This document shows, piece after piece, positions 48,396 to 59,371 of a DNA stretch of 64,000 nucleotides. Below the pieces are notes generated by a model, which did no database searches, was not told the DNA's origin, and was given only the letters and a program-made list of their open reading frames with translations. The DNA comes from Pseudogymnoascus verrucosus. Taxonomy: Eukaryota. Location: the NCBI GenBank assembly GCA_001662655.1, contig KV460212.1; one strand, given 5' to 3'. The position numbers and the translations under genes are program-made. Position 1 is the first letter of the stretch, and each line of letters begins with the position of its first letter.

Positions 48396-50243
48396 CTACC
48401 ACGTCTCCGCAATATACTGCCCCGCCTCCTTCTTCAACCTCCAAAACTCCTCCGACTCCGCGCGACTCATATTCCCCATCTCCATGCCCACCTGCACCAG
48501 ACTCGACTCCACCCCCTCCCCCATCCCCTTACTACTCCCACACACAAAGATCCGTCCATCAAGCGCATTAATCACGAACCAACACAAATCCTTCTGCGCC
48601 ACCACCTCCTCCTGCACGTACCTCCCCACCCCCGTGCGCGACTGCACCACTTTCTTCACCTCATCCTCATGCACGCCCCATTCGCCGCTATACAACTCGT
48701 CGAGCAGCGAATCCCGCACGCCTTGAAGGACCCAGACTTTATTCGCGCAATTCGCGCTCTTGAGACGGCGCTGCACGAAGCCGCGGAAGGGGGCGACGCC
48801 GACGCCAGCACCGATCAGGAGCATAGGGCCGTCGGAGATGAATTCGCGCGCGAGCGGGTTACTCATCAGACCCTTGAACATGGGGATTCTGAGGTCAGGC
48901 TTCTCGCCCCTCGCTTCAGCAGCGAGAAATTTGCGTGCCTGCCTCTCGAAGAATCCCGAGCTGAGGCCCGTGCGGTCGCCGCGCCAGGACTCGGTCTCGT
49001 GGACTGTGACTGCGATCTCGATGAGGCGGGAGCATCCCTTCACCGGGACGCAGTTCTCGTGCGGGTCATTTGAGAGGGAGTAGAAGCGTGGCATTAGCTG
49101 TTTGAGGACCGCGAGGAGGTGGTCTAGCGGGGGTTTTGCGGAGGGGAACGCGTGCAGGAGGTGTGCGAGGGTGAGGTGCGGGCCGGTGCGGAGGTCGCAG
49201 AATTTGCCCTGGCCTTCGGCGGAGCATAGGTAGTTGAGGATTTTTTGCTCGTTGGGGTCGGTGGTGTATTCGGCGAGGACGCGGAGGAGGGCTTTGGTTG
49301 GGGGGTAGGATTGGATGTCTGCGCACCAGGTGAGGAGGTCGCGGCGGGTGGAGACGAGGGAGCGGGGTTTGTCTTCGCCCCAGATGGTGGGCCAGCGGCC
49401 GCTGGTGGTCGTGACGAGGACGGCGCGGTCGCGGGCTACTCGGGGGATGGAGAGGAGGTCCATTATCTCTTCTACCATTTCGTCTTCGTTGGGGGCTTGG
49501 ACGCCGATGGCGCCGCCGACTTTGAAGTCGACGCCTGTCTCGGCGGGGTAGTCGGAGACGTCGAGGTCGAAGTGGAAGGTTCGCTTTTGGGCGCCGGCGC
49601 GGGTGAGCTCGCGGGTGTTGAAGATCTTGGCGGAGAAGACTTCGTATGGGGGGTGCGGCTTGACGAACTTGGGTGGGTGTTCGCTGGATGTCGGGGTGCG
49701 GGTGTGTTGTAACTTTTCGTCGATTTCGGCTGTGTGCGGGGTAAAATCGATTGACTGGTCGACGGCTGGGTTGAATGGCTTTTCGTCGGGGTCTGCGCCA
49801 ACGATGGCGGGAGCCTTGTTGTCTCTGATGGGAGAGAGGGAGACTGTCTTCGCGGGCAACTCGTGGATGGCAGTGAGTTTCTTCGGTAGCTGTCCGAGGT
49901 TCAACTTAAGAGCACGGAATGCGTCGTTGTCGGGCAGAGGAACATATTCGAATGACTGCGAGTCGGCCTTGGGTGCCAACATGCAGCATCCGCCGCCGCA
50001 GCATGTCTCGATGAGCCTCGTACCGCTCTCGCCGATTATCCTCCTCGCATCTTCAGCATTCTGCGAGATCAGGACGGTGGATGCTCTGCGCCGGCGTGGC
50101 ACGCTTGGGATCTCCTCTTCGTCGGCGGAGGAGTTGGAGGTGAGGGATGGGACGGCGGACCGAGGTGAGGTGTTGTCGACGGGTGGCTCCTCGGGGATGC
50201 AGTGCGAAGTCGTCTTCGTTCGGATAGCCATTGGGCGGAGCAT
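48396..50243 (-). CDS. Methionine-synthase-reductase/CPR-like FAD/NADPH oxidoreductase lacking the FMN (flavodoxin) domain
   Basis: Intronless ORF. ATG 50243 is in good context; an in-frame ATG at 50327 is an alternative start. Motifs GGAIGVQAPN, RFYSLSN (FAD), LLIGAGVGVAPFRGF, YVQE and IFVCGS, with a terminal ETW. Confidence 0.88.
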   Translation of the reverse strand: MLRPMAIRTKTTSHCIPEEPPVDNTSPRSAVPSLTSNSSADEEEIPSVPRRRRASTVLISQNAEDARRIIGESGTRLIETCCGGGCCMLAPKADSQSFEYVPLPDNDAFRALKLNLGQLPKKLTAIHELPAKTVSLSPIRDNKAPAIVGADPDEKPFNPAVDQSIDFTPHTAEIDEKLQHTRTPTSSEHPPKFVKPHPPYEVFSAKIFNTRELTRAGAQKRTFHFDLDVSDYPAETGVDFKVGGAIGVQAPNEDEMVEEIMDLLSIPRVARDRAVLVTTTSGRWPTIWGEDKPRSLVSTRRDLLTWCADIQSYPPTKALLRVLAEYTTDPNEQKILNYLCSAEGQGKFCDLRTGPHLTLAHLLHAFPSAKPPLDHLLAVLKQLMPRFYSLSNDPHENCVPVKGCSRLIEIAVTVHETESWRGDRTGLSSGFFERQARKFLAAEARGEKPDLRIPMFKGLMSNPLAREFISDGPMLLIGAGVGVAPFRGFVQRRLKSANCANKVWVLQGVRDSLLDELYSGEWGVHEDEVKKVVQSRTGVGRYVQEEVVAQKDLCWFVINALDGRIFVCGSSKGMGEGVESSLVQVGMEMGNMSRAESEEFWRLKKEAGQYIAETW

Positions 50244-50882
50244 GGCTGCGGTTTGGGTTGTGGGTGAAGGGCGAGGTGTAAGAAGTGATGACTGTGGCAG
50301 AGGATGGCGATGTGTTTGTGTTCGCATCCAAGAGTGTGTAGTTTTGCCTGTGATCTTCCTCGGAAGCTTTCGTTGGGAAGTCAATTGTAATAGTAAGTGT
50401 GTGTTAAGGGTACTCTAGTCGGAGATGCTCCACATCCCACTTGGAAGCGTGGAAGAGTGGAAGGGTGGTTTTGGGACTAAGCGGTGCCGAAGCCGGGGAA
50501 TTATGGAGAAGGGTCGAGTTTTTATCAGATGGTGAGATGAGATAAAGGGATGGCGCAACAAATAATCTTAGATGGAAGGATGTAGAGATTAGATTGATTT
50601 GATTAGTGGCGCTTTCCTAAGCAAGTCCCGCATATTGGGGGGTGAAACGAGGTTACGCGGATGGGGATTGGAGTAGTGGTTAATAGTGGTAATAGTGGTA
50701 ATAGAGTGGTAATAAAAAGTAAAAAGGGGGCGATATGCGGTGTAAGGGTGGCAAGAGTCAAATTTGCTTGCGGCTTATCAAAAAATGAAATAAAAAAATG
50801 TATTTCCGAGGTATGTATGTATATGTACGGAGTATTCTCTATCCCATTGCCGAATCATTTCCCTTGGAGTACGCAGGTGTAG

Positions 50883-50921
50883 TACAGGAGTACAGGAGTA
50901 CAGGAGTACAGACAGGAGTAC
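50883..50921. repeat. (TACAGGAG)n short tandem repeat
   Basis: tacaggag x3 followed by a degenerate copy, inside the putative intron at 50811-50970. Confidence 0.8.
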
Positions 50922-51316
50922 GGGACAGGAAGGCTGGGATGAGTGATGAGATACATTAACTGACGTGTAGATCCGGGTGTTGGGGCATGTACTGTACTGT
51001 AGCATCCCGCCGAGTCCCGATACCGATACCGATAATTACCAAATCTTACCTTATCATGGGGGATGTAGAGTGATGTAAAGTACAGACATACAAGACAGTA
51101 CAACAAAATGCAAATAAACTTGGAATATACTAGGGAAACACGGGAAATAGGACAAAATATGGTACAGGTACAATACGGGCACAATAAAACTACAAAAAAA
51201 TAAGAGAATACGACAGGCACGCTCAATTAAAACTGCAAAAAAAAAAGTAAAAAGAATGGCAGTAACACTCTCCACTCTCTCCTCCCCGCCGCCAAAAATG
51301 CAAAAGATTTATTTCA

Positions 51317-51410
51317 AGGTCACGCCGAGGATCGAACTCGGAACCTTTTCGGATATCATATTTAATGATACTTTGTGAGCGAAACGTCATAACCATTAGA
51401 CCACGCGACC
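51317..51410 (-). tRNA. tRNA-Val(CAC) with an intron of about 21 nt
   Basis: Minus strand reads GGTCGCG TG GTCTAATGGTTATGAC G TTTCG CT CAC A [AAGTATCATTAAATATGATAT] C CGAAA AGGTT CCGAG TTCGATC CTCGG CGTGACC T. Acceptor, anticodon and T stems pair. Confidence 0.93.
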
Positions 51411-52012
51411 TATTTATATATTAGCTCTGAGCTTTAGTTTGATACAAGTGCTACTCAACAATACCATTATCCCATTTTATCCCCCATGTCTTCTAATCTT
51501 CCACCTCCCACGTTCCTAAAGCCGGTCTGGTGTGTGTCTGTCCCGTCTGTCCCTCCCCCGTGCCTACCTTACCCCAGAACTCATGTCCCTTACTCGTTTA
51601 CGTACAGTAGCCTCGTCACCCCCAATTCACTTCCCTAGACATACTATAACTATAGTACAAAACATATAGAAATGATAATTGCCCATTAAAGAAAGCCATT
51701 GACTGTTATTTATTACTTTAAAGCCAGTGAAATATCATTATCCCCCTAGTCCTTTGCCTAATTACTCCATTCCCAGGGCCTCGCCTTCGCTTTCCCAGTC
51801 GCTAAACCTAACCCATACGTGGTTGCATGCGTCCCAGCTCGTTTCAGCATCGTCAGTGCATCGCCGACCTGCCGTACATACTGCCTAGCTCGAGTAATCA
51901 ACCACCGACAACCTCCAAACTCTCTCAAAATCCCCAAGTCCGCGCCGACTGTCCCCTCGCGATAGTCGAACTCCAACACCCCCGTAGCCCTTCAACCCGT
52001 GGATGAGCACGA

Positions 52013-54190
<2,178 letters not shown>

Positions 54191-54880
54191 GATTAGCTAT
54201 CTATACCAAGCTGTGCTTTATGCGCACGCATTAGTTGTGTCGCGTTTGTGGATTATTGATTTTCAGCGGGGCAAAGCATGCGAGTTGAGAGTGGTAGAAG
54301 ACACGGGAATCGCGGATATCGTGGGGAAAAGGGGACGTTTTGTTTCTAGAAGCTACAGAGAGGGATTGAGGGGTATAGGTGGGGGTCAATTACGATGTTG
54401 TTTAACGATGAAAGAAAAATGGACCCCTCCCGATTTGAGAGCCTCTCCCATAATCATAAACCTTTGCTGAGTATTGCTGAGTAAAATCCCGCGGAACCAC
54501 TTTAGTAACTTTATTAGCGCTGCCCAGTCACGTTACCTCGGCCCAGGGGCAACTTTCCAAGCGGGCCAAGAGAAATTGCCGAAGTTTCGCCCCGAGATAA
54601 CGGCCTCGTTTTTCCTTGGTAAATCTACTGAATTTCGCCGCAACTCCCCACATTACATATGGATGACAAGCCGTGAATAAGAATAAGTGGTTCCTATAAC
54701 TCTCCTAGCGTCTGTTTTTCTATGGGTTTCGCGCCGTGATTGAAAGTGCTTCCAAAGCGATTGCTCAGGGTTAATAAGCCGTCTTGACTCCGTGCCCCTC
54801 TATACAGTTGTATATAGCTTCGTTTTTTTGGCAAAGTGGATTATCCAGCACCTTCGATATCATTGAAAATAGCTTTGACA

Positions 54881-55757
54881 ATGTCTTCCTCCACTCTCGG
54901 CCTCAAGTTCGCCCCGCTTCTAAGAAGTCTCCCCTCTCGCAGTCAGCTATATATGCCCTCCTCTTCCACCTCTCTATTCCACTCCTCCTCTCCCATCATC
55001 ACCAAATCATCATCATCACCCTTCACACCCACCACCCACCACCGCTCCATCTCCACCACCACAGCCAAAATGTCCGCAACACCCTACCTCACCGCCCTCG
55101 CGGCCCGCCGCTCCATCTACCCCCTCAAGAAGGAATCCCCCATCCCCGACTCCCGCCTCCGCGAAATCATCACCGAGGTCATCAAGCACGTTCCCTCGTC
55201 GTTCAACGCGCAGTCCACCCGCGCCGTCCTGCTGCTTCACGCTGAGCACGATAAACTCTGGGATATCCACGCTGAGGTGTTGAAGCCTATCGTCCCCGCT
55301 GAGGGATGGGCCGCTACTGAGGGGAAGATTAACATGTTCAAGGGAGCATACGCTACTGTTCGTCCCCCCCCTCACATTCCCCCTCCCACCCTTATTTCAC
55401 AAGACGGTTAAGCTAATAATACCCCCACAGATCCTCTTCTTCACCCACGCCCCCACCATCGTCGGCCAACAAAAGGCTTTCCCAATGTACGCCGAGAAGT
55501 TCCCCCACTGGGCCGCCCAATCCTCCGGCGCCCACGAGATCTCCCTCTGGACCGCCCTGGCCGCCGAGGGTCTCGGAGGTAACCTCCAGCATTACAACCC
55601 GCTCGTGGATGCGCGCGTCAGGGAAACCTGGGGTATTTCGGAGGATTGGGTGTTGGATGCTGAGTTGGTTGTTGGTACTCCTGCTGGGGAGGCTGGGGAG
55701 AAGGCCTTTTTGCCTATTGAGGGCGAGAGACTTCTGGTTTTCGGCGAGAAGGCTTAG
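54881..55757 (+). CDS. Nitroreductase-family protein (Hbn1/Frm2-like) with a putative N-terminal mitochondrial presequence
   Basis: Exons 54881-55357 and 55431-55757. Motifs ARRSIYPL, HVPSSFNAQSTRAVLL and ALAAEGLGGNLQHYNPL. A second in-frame ATG lies at 55070. Confidence 0.92.
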
Positions 55758-56165
55758 ATGGGGGTTGAGAGTTTAGAGAGGAAGAGGCGTTTTATTGCAT
55801 AGCTTGCGGGTTGGTTGGGGATTTAGAAGCATAGAATTTGGTTTTTAGAATTAGAATTGACGATTTATGTCTGTTTCAAGTTGGGGTTCTGCTTTGAATG
55901 TAATGATAGTGAAGATGTGATCATGGCATTCAATTATTGCTTCATCCTTAAGTATGATCGAGACGACTGGGCTAATTAAGTTTTTTTCTTTTCTATTTTA
56001 TACAGTGCCAAACCTACGTCTAAGCAACTGTCTTCCAAACCATCGCCTCGTTGAGAGGAGTATCATGCACTTTATTTTATATACAACGTCCGCAAAAAAA
56101 ATACCTTGCGCACACAACGGCCGCTCGTCTATACTAAAAACGCCGTCCATCAAACCTTCCACCCC

Positions 56166-58580
56166 CTATTTCTTCACCTCACCATCTACACCACCGCCCG
56201 ACTCCGCCTTCTCCTGCTCCGCCTCCTCCTCCTCATGCGCCTCCTCCTGCTCATTCGAAATCGCCTCTCTCGCAAGATCATCCGCAATAACCTCTTTCTC
56301 CGTAACATGTCCCCTATTCACCCCAACCGTCTCCTCCCCACCACTCATCTGCCACTCCATCAGCCTCGAAAATGCACTCTCCGGATCGGTAGCGAGTTCC
56401 TTATACGTCCCCATCTCGGCGACCTTGCCGTCGTTGCCGAGGACAATAATGCGATCACTGCGCTTAATAGTGCTCAAGCGATGCGCAATCGAGATGGTGG
56501 TGTTATGCCCCCTCAGCAGCGCCGCCAGCGCCGAATTAACAAGCGTCTCGCTCTCCGCATCCAGCGCGCTCGTCGCCTCGTCCAGGATCAGAATATCCGG
56601 ATCCTTGAGCAGCGCGCGCGCGATAGCGATGCGCTGTTTCTGTCCGCCGCTCAGCTGGGCGCCGCGGGCACCGACCTGCGTGTCGAGACCCTCGGGGAAG
56701 TCCTCGATGAATTGGCAGTTTGCTTTTCGGGCGGCGGCGATGATTTCGCTGCGGGACGCGTTGGGGCGGCCGTAGGCGATGTTCTCGGCGACGGAGCCGG
56801 ACATGAGGACGGGTTCTTGGCCGACCATGCCGATGCGCCGGCGGAGGGATTTGCCGTTCATGGTCGAGATGTCGATGCCGTTGATGAAGACTTGGCCGGA
56901 GGTGGGGTTGTAGAAGCGCAGGAGGAGGGATCCGATGGTGGATTTGCCGCCGCCGGAGGGGCCGACGATGGCCACGTTCGAGCCGGAGGGGATGGTGAAG
57001 TCGAGCCCGGAGAAGATGTCGACGGCGGGCCTGGTTGGGTAGGCGAAGTGGACGTCTTTGAATGTGATTGGGCCTTGGGCGGACTTGACGGGCTGGCCAA
57101 CGGTGGCGTGGATGGTTGGCTTGCGGTCTTGAAGCTCAAACAGACGGGATGCTGCGCCAACGCCCTTCATCAACTCGGAGTAGAAGGAGGACAATCCAAA
57201 AAGCGAAGAACCGGCGTAGGCTGTGTACATAAGGAAGGATGTCAGGTCTCCAATGCTTATTGCCCCGCTCTTGACCATGGCGCCACCAGAGTATAGCAGG
57301 GCCAGGATAGTCATATTTCCCATGAATCCCGTAGAACTGAAGAAAGTTGCGCTGATAATAGCCTCTTTCTTTCCCAGTGCAAAGATTTTCTTAATCTGCT
57401 TATTATACCGGGATACCTCCTGGATTTCACCCGCAAAAGCCTGGCTAGTTCGCACGTTCCCCAAGCGCTCTTCGGCGATCTTGGTTAACGTGCCCAAGTT
57501 CCGCTGGATCTTGCGACTGAGATTTCGGATCATTCGGCCATAGAAGAAGGCACCGATGGCCACAGGAGGGAACATGAGACACAGAATGCTGGTGAGTTTG
57601 ATGCTGACCCAAGCCATAGCTGCGAATCCGGCACCACCACTAACAAACGCACGAAGGCCATCAGAAAGGTTCTGTGTGATACTTTTTCCAACAATGACAG
57701 TGTCAGAGCTCAGTCTCGAGATGAGGTCACCAACACGGTTCGCATCGAAGAACTCGGCGTTCTGGACGTATGTACGTCTGTACAGTTGACTTCTCAGGCG
57801 CGAGACAATCCTCTCACCCACAATTCGTAGGATGATGATACGTCCATAGTTAGCCGCAGCTCCGATAGTCAGCACGCAACCAAGCGCAATGTAGAACTGC
57901 TTCAAGTCCAGGCCAAAGAGCTTTCCCTCGCCGCTCTCATTTGTCGCCAGATCAAGGATCTTTCCGATCGAGAATGGAATCGACATGGTAATCGTACTGG
58001 ATATGAGCAGGAAGACGAAGGCCAGCCCGAGCCATCTGGCCTCGGGCCGCGCAATCTTAATCAACCGCCATATCTCGCCAAAGCCAGCAGTGTTCTTGAC
58101 GCCTTTGGTGTCACCCAGGCGTGCGGAGAGGTTCACTTGTGCCGCGCGAGATGCCTTCTCACTGCGACCAAAGCCGCGCTCGGCTTCCAAGTCTTCCTCC
58201 TCTTCCTCTTCTCGCCGGGCTTGCTCCTTCCAGTCTTCCTTCTTCGGTGGTGTCGGTTCCGGCTCTGTCTTCCGTACCTCCTTCCGTTGCGGAGTTGTGG
58301 AAAGCGCTCGCAGCTGAGTCGCCGGCGATGGCCAAGTCGGTTTAATAGTCGTCCATGACGATACTAATTTCAGGTTCGCAGTGTTCGGCTTCGGTTGTGT
58401 AACTGGCAGTCTCGCCTTCGGCAAAGACGCTGTGGTCAGCTGTCTCAATGCAGCTTTATATATCGGCGACGTCTGCCTCAGAGGTCCCTGGGCATGCTGC
58501 GTGGCCGGAGCCTGTCTCGTAATAACGTTGTCCAACAAGGCCCCCAGTGCCTTGCTTCGCGGCACAAGTGAGCCGCGCAT
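56166..58580 (-). CDS. MDL1: Mitochondrial half-size ABC transporter, Mdl1/Mdl2 (ABCB10) type
   Basis: Arg-rich presequence-like N-terminus, TMD containing FFDANRVGDLISRLSSDT, Walker A GPSGGGKST, signature LSGGQKQRIAIARA, Walker B ILILDEATSALD and H-loop IAHRLSTI. Confidence 0.92.
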   Translation of the reverse strand: MRGSLVPRSKALGALLDNVITRQAPATQHAQGPLRQTSPIYKAALRQLTTASLPKARLPVTQPKPNTANLKLVSSWTTIKPTWPSPATQLRALSTTPQRKEVRKTEPEPTPPKKEDWKEQARREEEEEEDLEAERGFGRSEKASRAAQVNLSARLGDTKGVKNTAGFGEIWRLIKIARPEARWLGLAFVFLLISSTITMSIPFSIGKILDLATNESGEGKLFGLDLKQFYIALGCVLTIGAAANYGRIIILRIVGERIVSRLRSQLYRRTYVQNAEFFDANRVGDLISRLSSDTVIVGKSITQNLSDGLRAFVSGGAGFAAMAWVSIKLTSILCLMFPPVAIGAFFYGRMIRNLSRKIQRNLGTLTKIAEERLGNVRTSQAFAGEIQEVSRYNKQIKKIFALGKKEAIISATFFSSTGFMGNMTILALLYSGGAMVKSGAISIGDLTSFLMYTAYAGSSLFGLSSFYSELMKGVGAASRLFELQDRKPTIHATVGQPVKSAQGPITFKDVHFAYPTRPAVDIFSGLDFTIPSGSNVAIVGPSGGGKSTIGSLLLRFYNPTSGQVFINGIDISTMNGKSLRRRIGMVGQEPVLMSGSVAENIAYGRPNASRSEIIAAARKANCQFIEDFPEGLDTQVGARGAQLSGGQKQRIAIARALLKDPDILILDEATSALDAESETLVNSALAALLRGHNTTISIAHRLSTIKRSDRIIVLGNDGKVAEMGTYKELATDPESAFSRLMEWQMSGGEETVGVNRGHVTEKEVIADDLAREAISNEQEEAHEEEEAEQEKAESGGGVDGEVKK

Positions 58581-59371
58581 CGCGCGAACCCTAACTACCA
58601 AAACGGCTTCGGAAAAGGAAAATGATATCAGAACCGGTTGAGTAGCGATAATTGACGTCGTCTAAGTCTCATTGTCGCGATTCATGGCCAGCGTAAATGT
58701 GCGATGCTTCCGGTGACGCTCAACATTTCTCATCGAAGACTGACTCCAGGATAGGGTCCGTGATGCCGGCGCCGGGCGCTAACGGAGCTCGGCCTTTTTC
58801 ATCCGGCAAACGAGCTCGAAAATTGGTAAGCACGTGCGACTCATCGTGCTTTCCCTCAGGGTCATGCTTCTCAGGGGCAATATAATTAGTTTGGAGAAGG
58901 GTCCAACAATTGTCATGAGGAAAGATGAGGGAGGTGATTATCGCAGTATCTCAGCTCCCAATGACAGATTACTGGGCTTTTATTTGGATATATGGCACTT
59001 AGAGTCGGTTTATGTTATGTTACAGAGCTAAAACAAATTCAATCAATTTACTTTGACTGTGTTTATTTATTATTGATTTATTCAATCATTATTCTTCGAT
59101 AGAGAAACAACCTCTCTCTATCAACACCATCACTTGAACCACACTACAGGCTACAAAGTTCCATCTTGACGAAGAGAATGTAAAGTATCCAATCGTTAAA
59201 TCGGGACGAATTATAAATTAACAAAAATCATGATCTGGCCCGCTCTTCCCGCTCCATTCACCCATAAAAATCACAAAAAATCTCCAATCATTATTCCTCA
59301 ACGTAGGTTTCCAATAGATCCCATCTAACATATATCTAAAACTTATCTCAAGATATCAACAATTGCGGCTC

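Noticed and set aside
50943..50963. GTGATGA...CTGA as a C/D box snoRNA
   Set aside because: The boxes are only about 10 nt apart, and the CTGA is better explained as an intron branch site.
58590..58672. Possible extra 5' exon MRLRRRQLSLLNR for the ABC transporter
   Set aside because: It would need a weak GTTCTG donor and a 44-nt intron with no suitably placed branch site. The ATG at 58580 already gives a presequence-like N-terminus.
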